The notes beneath the pieces were generated by a model. It had not been told where the DNA came from, did no database searches, and saw only the letters and a program-made list of their open reading frames with translations. From assembly GCF_009914755.1 (NCBI RefSeq), contig NC_060938.1: 64,000 nt of DNA, one strand, 5' to 3'. The position numbers and the translations under genes are program-made. Positions 1 through 11,885 of the stretch are shown here, one piece after another. The DNA is from the human T2T-CHM13v2.0 reference genome, Homo sapiens. The first letter of the stretch is position 1. Each line of letters begins with the position of its first letter.

Positions 1-1711
1 ATTTGTATAGTTATCTTTAAACAATGGTCAGTCCCCACTCTTATAATTGAAAAGTAAGTAATTTTCATTTACTTTCTGGCTTCTACCTCCAGAAAATCTC
101 TTACCTCTATCTTTATTTTGGTAATTCTCTTGTAGGGACTTTAATAGCCCCTGGAAAATCATCATAGCTCTGCTTCAATCTGAAAACATAACTGGCAGGC
201 ATGAGTCTGGAACACATACGAGGGAACGAAGTACCCAGAGCCAAGTTAAATGAACTGTTGATGACTTTTCTGAAAATCATAGTAAACCATGATTTCCTCA
301 CAAAATATAGAAGTGTCTGATTTTTGGCATTTAATTCTCAAACATACTCAGATACACTTTCCTTCTTCCTCTCCCACTCTGGGTTCATATCATCATATAA
401 ATCAGAAATGGGTCATCTTGCCTTTGAGTCATTTATAAAAAGTTTTTCTTTTCTAGCTCTGAAGCGTGATTATTTTGCTTTTAGAGAGGATCTTTCTTTC
501 TGGGGCCAGTTGAAACATCTGAACAAAATAAAAATCAATTGAATATGGATATGAAACTTAACTTGTCTTTTTACCATTAAATATATATTTGAAAAATGTG
601 CTCTTCTTTTATAGCTTTTGTCACATCAGCATGTACCAATTCCAACCAGAGAACGAAATATTAATATTCTGCCCCAAAGTGCTGTTTTCCAGCCTGTGCC
701 AAAGCAGATAATGCCAGTAACAGGGAGTTTTCCAATCTAACTTTCTTATACCAGTCAAATTATCCATTTCAAAAAAGCATCCAGTCAAAGTGCTCCCAAT
801 AAGTGAATATTTTGCCTAGAGAATTTTGGGCTTGAGTTATCCATCCCTCTGACCAAAATCTATAAGCCCACTCACCCAGGAGATCTGAGAATGAAACTAA
901 ATATAAAAACTGGCTTTACTACTGGGAACCCGAAAGTTCAGCTAGTGAGGGAAGGAAAACAAAGAATAGAATGTTTTCCGACAATCCTTGCTTTTGTGAG
1001 TGGTCAGCAGATGTTTTGTGCCTCTGCTGTATTCCTTAGCTAAGGGTTCACATGAAATGTACCCTCTGAAGGCTGTGGCCTTGTTGGAACGCCAAATTAG
1101 TAGTTATTCCTCATGCTCTGAGGTCTAGCTTCACCTTCAGAACCAGGTGAGCTTGGTCCCCACAAAGCCCTACTGGTACTTAAGCTTCCCATTTCAAGAG
1201 GACATTTGGGTTCACTACACCTCTCCAAGCCGTCTGATTAATTGCAGCTGTGTGCAAATTAGTTTTCTTCAGGGGCTCTCTCCTGCTCTCAGATTAGCAA
1301 CAACGTATTCAGATGGAAAGCAAATAAAGATAGTTGTAAAATGAGGACACAAAAGAGATGCAACATGTTTGCTCTTGATGGGTGCATTGATGTCAGAACA
1401 ACTAGGGGGAAATAAGACCACCTTGGTACTGTTATCATCGTCCTGATGATGGTCCCTTCTTGCAGAAAAGCCCAAACAGAAGCAGGGCGTTGTCTAATCA
1501 CTGATGGGTTTCCTGATATTATTGAGAAGACCAAGCAAAATTAATGGTGATATTATATCTGGTGAAATTATTATAAATTCTCCCTGCAGTTTTAATTAGC
1601 TCTGCTCTTTTTCTCCTCCTGTTTTAATCCAAAGCATATGTGTATGTTTGTATCAGCAATTTCAAAATTCTGTGAAGCATTTGGTGTCATCCATCTAGTT
1701 TCAAAATAGGT

Positions 1712-1890
1712 ACAGCATGATGCAGTGGGAAGAATGCTAGCCTAGAAGTTAGGACTCCTGAGTTCCTGCCTAGGTCTGCCGCTAAGCTGTAGTATGACCT
1801 TGGACATGACCTTTCAGGACCTTGATTTCTTCTTATGTGAGATGAAGGATTAAAATCCAACAGTTTGTTAAATCACTCTCAACTTTTTAG
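1712..1890 (+). mobile_element. MIR-family SINE fragment (ancient)
   Basis: agcatgatgcagtgggaagaatgctagcctagaagttaggactcctgagttc...gctgtagtatgaccttggaca resembles the MIR tRNA-derived head and core. Confidence 0.55.
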
Positions 1891-2284
1891 ATACTATTAA
1901 GTTTAGGATCCCGTGGAGAGGCCTATCATCCGAGAGACCATCCTATCATCAAAAGGTGAATATCAGGTCAAAGCAAAAGAAACCACATTAATTTTTTTCT
2001 GTTGTCAGCTCACAAAGCTATTTTAAGCCTTTGGACAATAAGAAATATACTTTTTTTCCCCTCCAATAAATATACATTATCCATTAAAGTAGAGTGTGTT
2101 GTGAACTGACCTTAAGGGAATTTGCTAGTTTTTTTGTTTATTTTTGTTTTTTACAGGAAACTAAGTCCTGTGGAACAAAATAGAATTACCTTCATGGAGC
2201 AAGTTTAACAAATTGTCTTCATTTTTGGTCAGCAGGTTGATTTCTAATTCCCTCTTATTCCCTTTATGTGTATTTTTGGCTTCC

Positions 2285-2695
2285 TGTCTTTGTTTTGCGT
2301 TGCTATAAAGAAACATGTGAGACTGAGTAATTTACAAAGAAAAGAGGTTTATTAGGGCTCATAGTTTTGCAGCCTGTGCAAGAAGCATGGCACCAGCATC
2401 TCCTTCTGGTGCTGCCCCTAGGAAGCTTTCACTCATGGCAGAAGGGGAAGGAGAGCTATGTGTAGAGATCTCATGGAGAGAGAGGGAGAGCAAGAGAGAG
2501 GATAGGAGGTTCAGGCAGTTTTTAACAATCAGATTTCATGAAAATAAAAGAACTCACTCATTACCTCGAGGAAGGCACCAAGCCATTCATGCGGGATCTG
2601 CCCCATGACCAAACACCTCCTACTAGGCCCTACCTCCAACATTGGGGATCACATTTCAACATGGGATCTGGAGGGGACAAATATCCAAACTATTA
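2285..2695 (-). mobile_element. MST (MSTB-like) MaLR solo LTR
   Basis: tgctataaagaaa...gagactgagtaattta...aaagaggtttatt...ggggatcacatttcaacatg...ggggacaaatatccaaactat is the reverse complement of the MST LTR consensus. Confidence 0.85.
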
Positions 2696-4726
2696 AATTC
2701 CTAAAGGACATAAAAGGGTGAACTGCACAAGGATACTATATCTCCAAACAAATGCCCAGTTAGGTCCAGGACGTGTTCAACAGTGTCCAAAATCCAAAGA
2801 GAACCAGAGATAGTGTGGCTTAGTAGAAGGTAAACTGATTATACACACTCAGCATTGCAAGAAACCTTAACGGGACTGTTGTCCAACCACACAAGCATTA
2901 TTCAAAAACCTTTTTACCTCTCAAGGTTTGGTTTTCTAGCATGGGTTGCCAAGCTACAACTGCCCAGAGAAGTCATTTAAACTGCAAGAGACTCAGCTTT
3001 CTCATCCTTGGAAGAGAGAAATTGGACAAAATTATCTTTAATTTTTTGTTTGCCTTAATATCCTCTTATTCTACTAAACATTTTCAGTATTACAGAAATC
3101 AGCTCTTGGAGGAAAAGACATTGCAGGGGGTGGGAGACAAAGTTGGTGATACCATGTAATAAGATTTTTTTAGATAGTGGCAAGATAAAATGTTTTGAGG
3201 TTTGGCAAAACCATCTAGTAGTTTCAGTTCTCCCTGACAGTAAGAAGTTAAGGAGGCCAATTTCTCTTTCAAGTCAGAACTTCTTGTTATAACTGGGTAG
3301 TAAACATACTTTTTAATAAGAAGTGGCTAAGGCTTAAGAAGACCAACTGCTGATACCCAGAAATAGCCAAAGAATACTTCATTACTGACAGTGCACACTT
3401 TGATAGACCTGTCTTTTACTATTGACAGTATTCTTTCTCTGCTGTTTTTACAAGAAAAAAAGCCCAATGAAATGTAAACCTTGTTTTCTTCAGTTATTGG
3501 TCCTAGGAGTATTCAGAGTAAATAAAAAAAAAATACCTTACATATACTTCTATAAAATCTTTTATTTGAGCAATTAAAAAAAGCTATCTTCTTTCAGTCT
3601 TATCAAGGAGAGCAAATTCCTCCTAGAAGTCTTATTTCTACTTCTAATGACAATTGCTTTATTATGTGACATTCAAAGGAAAAACTTGAAGTCATATTTC
3701 TAGTAAAGTATTTAATTTCAGAAATAATTTAAACTGTTACTTCAAAGCAAATATCTGCTATTCCTGACATAAAGTTTTTACCCAAGCTTGGTAATAAAGT
3801 TATCATAAGAATAATATGGATTATTCTCAGGATGGAATAGAATGTCTTGATTAGGAAGAAACACACATAAGAAATTCATTTTTTTGGAAGAAAGAAAATC
3901 TGTGCTGTTTATCTGGCAATGGAAGTCAGATCAAAATATATCTATATGACATTTGAATGGGGTCACGTGGGAAGACAAGATCTGTCTGTATGAATATTTT
4001 TAGCTTCTGAATTTGACATAAGAATAGGATCAGGAAAATGAATTCTGTGTTACATGACTAAGATGCATATTAGAACTCAGGCAAGATGATTCCTGTAGTT
4101 GGTCTACTGGGAAATTACCCTCTGCCTACAGCTTTCAAATACATATATATACTATGTGTGTGCATGTGTGTAAATTTCCAACTGAGTACATCAGCACATA
4201 AAATACACTTGTCCAAGGTAAAAAAGACAAACAGTTATTAATAGGGCAAAAATAAAATGGGGTTATATCCAACCATGGCATAATACTTCTCATTAGAAAA
4301 AAGTGTGGCGAGCTAATTAAGACCCAGTGATAGTTAGAAAGTCTGAGAACATTTATCTTTAAAAATGGAGTGGTAACTAACTAAAAGAAGGACCCAGAAC
4401 CTCCTAATACAAATATCAGTTATATTCCCTGAGATTTAAAAATATAATAATTCTTATTTCTAATTCAAAGGCCTAGAGTGTAAGTAGGGATAACTTAACC
4501 TTTTTTTTTTTTTTTAAGCCTCTGTGAGAAATAACGCAGCTGTTTGGCCCGTGGTATTCTCTTTAAAGGAAAGAAGTTACAAAGACAAGAAGAAAAAAGT
4601 GGAAGAGAAAAATAAGGAGAAAAAATATTCAAACAGTACATAACTAAAAAAAAAATTTTTCACAAACAGCAAGGGGAATCTTGAAACAAAATAGATTTGT
4701 TTTAAAATGCAAAGAAAGAGCCTTAC

Positions 4727-4877
4727 CCGGGATGAATTGCTCAGTTCTCTTTTGTTGGTTGAGTTCACTTCCTTCCATTTCTGCTAACTTTGACCAGCTG
4801 CTAACAAGCAAAAGAGCTTCATAGAGGCCATCTACACGTGTTCTCTTCTGGGTTATCGCGATGCTGACAAAGTGCAC
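4727..4877 (-). other. Candidate antisense exon (151 nt)
   Basis: Minus strand: tttgtgctcttctaatttgcggtag|GTGCAC...CATCCCGG|gtaagg; CTAAT branch-like motif, strong donor, non-repeat sequence with several CpGs, open in phase 0. Confidence 0.4.
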
Positions 4878-5575
4878 CTACCGCAAATTAGAAGAGCACA
4901 AAGATTTCTGTGGGTATGCCTGCAAAACTCTGGCTGCGAGGCATCACCTCAGCTCAGTAGCCTTGGATTTACATGTGCCTGCCCCCCTGCCCATGGTTAC
5001 TGAGGGTGGCCTGAGGATGGATTCACTTCATAACCCTTTTCCATAATTATGTGAATAACAAATGAGCTCTATCCAATAGAGAAAAAGAACACATTTTAAT
5101 ACTTTGTGAAGTGATCATGAGGAAGGGGACAGAGGAGTTGAGATGGCCAAGAGAGATCCCGCCCTCTGGAGATGTAATAGAACAGTGACAGATAATGCAA
5201 AAAAAGATTTAATATATTTTTATATATTTAATATTTGTCTTCTGTTGTTGACCTTAGCTTTTGAGTCAACAGTAACTAAGAAGCATTTTGTCATCCGACG
5301 GCTCCTCTTCCTTTGGCCTTCTGTATTGTATTATCTGATAAGGAAGCAGCGAACTTAAAGCTCAGTTCAACGCAATGATCCTTCATCATAGCTGGGTGTG
5401 AAGAATGTTGTTCCCTCAAATATGACACAAATTGTTTGGTCAATAGAGAAGAGAACTGCATTCTATTTTTTTCCAAACATCTGTTATACTCCAAAACCTT
5501 TCTCCTTAGGCCATGGCTGTCTGACCAACAGTAGGTGGATTTCTTTGAAATCTTATCTTCTGTAGAACTGGATCT

Positions 5576-5785
5576 CATCCTGGCCAACATGGTGAACCCA
5601 GTATCTACTAAAAATACAAAAATTAGCTGGGCGTGGTGGCAGGCGCCTGTAGTCTCAGCTACTCGGGAGGCTGAGGCAGGAGAATGGCGTGAACCCGGGA
5701 GGCGGAGCTTGCCAAGATGGCACCACTGCACTCCAGCCTGGCAACAAAGCGAGACTCTGTCTCAAAAAAAAAAAAAAAAAAAAAA
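5576..5785 (+). mobile_element. 5'-truncated Alu (AluSc/AluY-like)
   Basis: catcctggccaacatggtga...gagaatggcgtgaacccgggaggcggagcttgc...poly(A); TSD core gatctca at 5571-5577 and 5788-5794; small deletion after gcttgc. Confidence 0.95.
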
Positions 5786-6619
5786 TAGATCTCACTAGAA
5801 GTATTCTCAATTCAGCAGTAGTGTCCAGTTTTGAATCAAATAATTTATATTTTGATTATGTGTATTAAGAAGCTAAATCTACTCATATACAAAAGGAAAA
5901 TCTTTAGCTTTTCATGTGTTCTGGCTAAAGGCCAGAATTAAAAGGAAGAGGATGTCTTATCTATCAGACATTTTTGTGCCTTTGAAGCCATAAACTTGAG
6001 AGAAACATTAGCTTGTTCCTGACCCTGCACTCAGCATAAGCATTTGCTTGTAGCAGTCACTCTTGGGTGACTATAAATTCACAAAGTCAAGAATTTGCAT
6101 CCTGAATTGATTTGTGTAAGATGTCTAGGGGAATGCTGATTTTATATTGGAAACAAGGTTAGGGGGAAGCCTCAAAACTGCCTTTATGGAGTTCTGTATC
6201 TCAGCATATTATAATTCTTACTTCTACCATACTCCAGAGGAATCAGTCTGGGTGACTTCATAAAACAGTATTAGAAAAATTGCTAGCACTACGAAATCAA
6301 GCAGGTTATGGCAGTATATTCCTTGTAAGAAAATTAGTGCATTAACTCTTTCCAATAAGTGATTGAATTAGTTTTGCACATAATCTGATTTATGAAATGC
6401 TGCACTCGCATGCTCAAGTAGTTAGAAAGTGTGTCGAAGCAGATGTTGAACTGAAGAAAGAAGGTTGCTTGAAATGTAAAGGTATTATAAAATGGCTAAT
6501 CTGTGGGTATGACCCAAAGCTTTCAGAGATTTCCTGGCTTCACTTTTTTTTTTCAATTTAATAAATTTTTTTTCTTAAAAGGTAAAATTGCCAATGAGTT
6601 AAATGTTGATGCTCTGATG

Positions 6620-6860
6620 TTAGCAAGACTGAGTTCATATGTCCATCACTTATTAACTCCATTTTCTTATCAATATGTTTGGCTTCTGTAAGTCTTATTT
6701 TCTTGTTTGTGAAAGGAAGATCTAATAATAGAACTGGCCTTATAGAATTGTTGTGAGGATTAAATGTGGCAACCCATGGTTATTGGTTTCGTGCGATGCC
6801 TGTCACAAAGAAAAAACCCAATAAGTTGTAGTGGCTATTTTTCATCTTCTCATTATCACC
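6620..6860 (+). mobile_element. MIR SINE fragment
   Basis: ttgttgtgaggattaaatg...gcctgtcaca...caataagttgtagtggctatt matches the MIR 3' half. Confidence 0.6.
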
Positions 6861-6929
6861 ATTACTTAAGAGAGAGGCAAAGTGATAGTATCATACAAAC
6901 ATTTTCATGGAGAGTTAAATGAACATCTG

Positions 6930-7571
6930 GTTTTTCTTTTCTTCAATTTTTTAAAAATTATACTTTAAGTCCTGGGGGACATGTGCAGAATATGCAGGTT
7001 TGTTACATAGGTATACACGTGCCATGGTAGTTTGCTGCACTCACCAACCTGTCATCTACATTAGGTATTTTTCCTAATGCTATCCCTCCCCTAGCCTCCC
7101 ACCCCCTGACAGGCCCTGGTATGTGATGTTCCCCCCTCCCTGTGTCCATGCGTTCTCATTGTTCAACTCCCACTTATGAGTGAGAACATACGGTGTTTGG
7201 TTTTCTGTTCCTGTGTTAGTTTGCTGAAAATGATGGTTTCCAGCTTCATCCATGTCCCTGCAAAGGATATGAACTCATCCTTTTTTATGGTTGCATAGTA
7301 TTCCATGGTGTATACGTGCCACATTTTCTTTATCCAGTCTATCACTGATTGGCATTTGGATTGGTTCCAAGTCTTTGCTGTTGTGAATAGTGCTGCAATA
7401 GACATACATGTGCATGTGTCTTTATAGCAGAATGATTTATACATACGTGTGCATGTGTCTTTATAGTAGAATGATTTATAATCATTCTATATTTATACAT
7501 TCTATAATTATACACCCAGTATATTTAATCATTCTATAATTATACACCCAGTAATGGGATTGCTGGATCAA
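6930..7571 (-). mobile_element. L1PA7/8-like 3' fragment (ORF2 C-terminus plus 3'UTR)
   Basis: ttatactttaagt...atgtgcagaa...tgttacataggtatacacgtgccatgg; ORF 7163-7444(-) matches the L1 ORF2 C-terminus (CYKDTCT...WNQSKC...MEYYA). Confidence 0.95.
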
Positions 7572-7645
7572 TTGTTTTTAAGGACAGGTTGCATAAAACT
7601 GACTAATGCCATTCATGATGACAGTGAGTTTCAAAGGCAGATAGC

Positions 7646-8019
7646 TATCTTAGTCCATTTAGGGTGCTCTAACAAAATGCCACAAAGTTAGGTACATTAT
7701 AAACAACAGAAATGTATTTGTCACGGATCTGGAGGCTGGGGAGTCTGAGATCAAGACCCTGGCAGATGTGATGTCTGGTGAGAGCTTGCTTCCTGGTTCA
7801 TAGATGGCGACTTCCAGTTATGTCCTTACATGGTGGAAAGGACAAGGGGTCTTTCTGCGACCAGTTTTTCAAGAGAATTAATCCCACTTATGAGGTCTCT
7901 GCCATCATGACCTAATCACTTCCCCAAAACTCCACCTCCTGATACCATTACACTGGTGATTAGCTTTCAATATATAAATTTGGGTGGCGGGGTGGGGCAC
8001 ACACATTCAGATCATAGCA
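7646..8019 (-). mobile_element. MLT1A0-like MaLR solo LTR
   Basis: tatcttagtccattt...aaacaacagaaatgtattt...ggaggctgggg...cacattcagatcatagca; 5-bp TSD atagc/atggc. Confidence 0.85.
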
Positions 8020-11000
8020 ATGGCAGCTAGGAGGAAGTAAATTTTGAATCCTCATTTCCATGTAAAGACTTCATTTGCTTTAAACAATTTATTTAACTTT
8101 TATTGTGCTTTTTCTGAAAATGAAATAACATTTAGCTACACACAGGGAGGGTATGTTGTTTCTAAAGTAAAAATTAACTCTTTTGTAAATGTGGCATTGT
8201 TTAATAATAGTTCACCCTGTCCAATGATACTTAGCTTTTTTATATATGTAAATAAATTATTAGGTTACTGGTTTTTCTTTTTCTTTTGGTGGGGGGGGGT
8301 GTTAAGATCTTATTCTCAGTCCTCAAAACTCTGTTGAACAGGGAACATCTGCCCTCATTTTCAACCTTATTTCTTTAGTACCAATTGCAGCCATGTTATA
8401 ATCTTTGTTTTCATCCAGGTAAAGCTGAGGGAAGGGAAGGAGAATCTACTGAGAAAAAGATTTTCCCCAAAGAGTGACTCAGCCTTTGAAAAGAAAATCA
8501 GCTATATGAAAAGGGAAGAGTATTTAATCATTCGGAGCAATAATTGCATTGTAAATATTAGCTCAGCTGATAAGGAGTAGAGAACCAAGAGAATGAGGGA
8601 GCCGTTACATTGTTTTATCTTGTTTGATGCCTTTACTCAGTGCTCTAGCATGGGGGCCATGTCTAGGGAGGGAATCCACTGCAGCTACATTTAAGGTCAC
8701 CTAATAAACCGTGCTGTTTTCTTTCTTTTCTTCTAGACTCTATTCCTTCATTTTTTTTTTCTGAACTTTAAGCAAGGAAACTGCCAGTCATAGAGCATTT
8801 CCTTATACACTTCCATGTTACTGTTATGCAGAGAAATCTGACTGGCAGGCTGATGGCCAGGCTGCTCTGGAGGAAAGTAATTAGCTATGTGACTTTATCT
8901 AGGCCAAAAAAATGGGATAAAAAACATGCAAAACCATTCACCTATACAGACCTGTTCTCAAGGCAGTGTTTACCCTAGTGCATCTGCTAATTCCTTTCAA
9001 GTCTGGAAAACTGTTTTGTTTGACATTTTTGGAATGCTGTGATCTGAACCATTAGACTATTTTTTTCTCCTTTAAGGTACTAATATTCTGATTTTTAAAC
9101 AATTAAATATGCTCTAAATTTGTCTCGCCCACTTCTACATCTTCTTCCAACATTTACATAGACATCCATGCACATTCATGCACACCACACAACTACAAGT
9201 CATTTCAGACAAATGGTCTTATCTAATTCTTTTTAGTGTTTCCATTTTATTATTTGTCAAATTGAATGGAACTTCCATGTTTTGCCCTGCTGACATTTAG
9301 GCAGACTTGCATAAAATACAAGATTATTTCTAGCTGGATAAGAAGCTCAGCTATCAGATAGTGTTGCTGATTTATACAGTAGGAGGAAGGAGAAAAGACC
9401 AATGGGTGAGTATAATAAATAGAAACGTCCTGAAGCAATTCACTTGTAGCCTATCCAAATCTTGCAAACTCTGCATAAAACATCCTCCCAGTTCTCTTTC
9501 AATGGAACAATTTTTCTTTTCTTTTTCTACTCTTCACTGAACATTTCCTGTATTCTACATGCAACAGTGCACCTTTTACATTCGTTTGGCTTATGTGCTC
9601 TTGCAATAACCCTTTGCTGTGTGGTAATATCTCATTTGTGGGAACTTCTGTGACACTATTAGGGGACAGATACAATGGCTATGTGCCTAGCAATGCCTTC
9701 ACCGTGCTCTATTTAAATAGATTGCTCATTTATTTGCTACTTTGCTCATCACCCTGTCTCTCATTCACTATAATATCTTTAGCAAATCACATAGTGCCAG
9801 GTAAATAAATGGTACTCATTCAATATTGACCATATGGATGAATCTCTGCTTATGAAATATGAGAGCCCCGTGCAGGGTCATTCTGTCCAGGAACTCATCT
9901 TCTCTGGCGGTGTGAGACCATATGTTTAACATGACCAGTAAGGAAGTAGAAGGAATCTTCCACTACTTTTTACATTCTTTTTTCTTTCAAAAAGTTTTGT
10001 AAACTTCAAGTATGTAAAAAAACAGTTCTTATATGTTCATACAGTTTGCTTTCAACAATAACTCCACACATGTGCATTGACATGTAAAGATGTTTCCAGT
10101 ATAAAGTAGAAAAAAATGGGTTTTAAACATCATATATAAAATTAATCAATTTTTTAACATATAGCATACCTGTATTCAGGTACATGTTCTTTGGTTATTC
10201 TCATTTAAACAGTCCCCTATTGTTGAATACTTGATCTGTTTCTATTGTTTCATTTTATATATAATATATCCTATACCAAATATCCTAATATAACTTCTCT
10301 GTGTGCTTGTCTAATTATTTTGTTTAGATAAAAGGTTTCATATGGTGTCCACTTCATGCCATTATGTGATATGATTTGCCTCTCAGCCTCTAGGAATGGG
10401 TTTTTCTCTAAGGATAGTGGCTGCCACTCTATCTAGTGGCTGAAGTAATATGGCTTCATGTCATGTGGCTAACGATTCATGCCAAAGGTTGTCCGCATCT
10501 TATGTATCAGTGAGTTATCTGACACCCCTAATAGACGCTTATTTCTTTTTTCAAAAAGCTTGTTCCTGAGCTGAATTTCCATGATCAGATGGTGGCAAGA
10601 GCCAAGTCTTCTCACATAAAGAGAAATCACATTGAATCTGCTACCTACGACCACTGGCCAAGGGGTCTTGTCATCATTGCATTCTGGGGAATTGGATTCA
10701 ATTTAAAAAGTTGAAGCTGCTTGCTGGCTTCCTTCCTGGTAGTTTTGAATGTGTAATCTCACAAAGATCTTCTTAGCTCTGGCAAAGCTGAGCCTGTCTA
10801 AAACATTTATGTTAGAATTTACATGAGTTCATTTGTGCTGGCGTCAAACATTTCTTGAGTATTTACCATGTTATTGGCTGATCTTAAAGCCAAGCTACAA
10901 AGGACTAGTAGGGGTTAGCAGGCAGGCAGGAAGAAGAAGGGCATGGTTGGCAGAGATTGCCACATGCACAGAATATAGTGGTGAACCTACATGGTGCATT

Positions 11001-11199
11001 TGGAATGGCAAGTAGTCTGGCTTTGCTGGAAGTGGGTTTGCAAGCTGAGGAGTAACAAGAAATAAGGCCGAATAGCATACCAGGAAGTGGTAGATGGCAG
11101 AGACCCCTGGATCACCGTGATACTTATGACACTACTTGCTCACTTGTTTTTTGGTTTATTTCCTGATAAGCTTTGAGCCAGAACATTAATGCAAATTCT

Positions 11200-11680
11200 T
11201 GTTCTTGTGTAAAAATTACTGCAATGACTTCCCATTGCTCTTGGAGAAGACAAAATCCTTAATATGGCCTACAAGGTCCAGTACAATCTGTCTCCTGCCT
11301 CTGTAGTCTTATTCTTCACTAGGTCTGCCTTCTTCCTCCCAGCCCTACTGGGGCCCATTCTCTGGGCTTCAATATTACAGACCTTACTTTAATTTCACTA
11401 ATGGGAAATGTTGCTGCCTTCCAACAAAGGGCTTTTGCATGTGCTGTTTATATGAAATCCTCTTTTCTTCCTGCCACTCTTGCCTATTAATGTTCTTATT
11501 TCTCAGCACTCACGTTATTTTTTTACTCAGAGAAATCTTCCCTGAGTTCCCTGACCATGTCAGATTTTTCACTTATATGCTGTCATAACCTCATGCATTT
11601 CTCTTTTACAGTGCTATAAATTGTCAGTGACACATTTGTGTAATTAAGTGATGAATGTTCCTTTCTTCCTAATAAGTAAC
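11200..11680 (+). mobile_element. L2 LINE fragment (resumes at ~18020-18095)
   Basis: caatgacttcccattgctctt...aaaatccttaatatggcctacaaggtcc...gggcttttgcatgtgctgtt...ctcagagaaatcttccctga are typical L2 3' motifs. Confidence 0.65.
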
Positions 11681-11689
11681 ATCATCTAT

Positions 11690-11885
11690 ACCATCATTAT
11701 TAAATCAGCCAGCATCAGCTGGGGTACTTATCATATGTCCTATACTGTTCTAAACACATTATATGTATTAATTCACTTAATTCTCATAACAGTCCCTATT
11801 AAATGGATAACACTGAGGAATAAAAAAAGTAAGTCACCCAAAGTTACACAGCTGATAGGTGATGAAGTTAGAATTAGAAATCAGG
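11690..11885 (-). mobile_element. MIR SINE, left part (interrupted by L1; resumes at 17979-18012)
   Basis: attcacttaattctcataac...actgaggaa...aagtcacccaaagttacacagctgataggt; right part cagactggatctggaatctgttctcttaacc. Confidence 0.75.

Noticed and set aside
1269-1534. Overlapping short minus-strand ORFs and a weak CTCF-like caactaggggg
   Set aside because: No convincing splice-site pair or protein similarity; motif mismatched
5291-5798. 146-aa and 87-aa ORFs, and similar ORFs at 23950, 24506, 34761, 37365, 38223, 52155, 55639, 62157 and 63746
   Set aside because: Translations of Alu sequence ([25 protein letters not shown] motifs), not genes
7163-7444. 93-aa ORF with L1 ORF2 similarity
   Set aside because: C-terminal remnant of a truncated L1; no promoter or EN/RT domain
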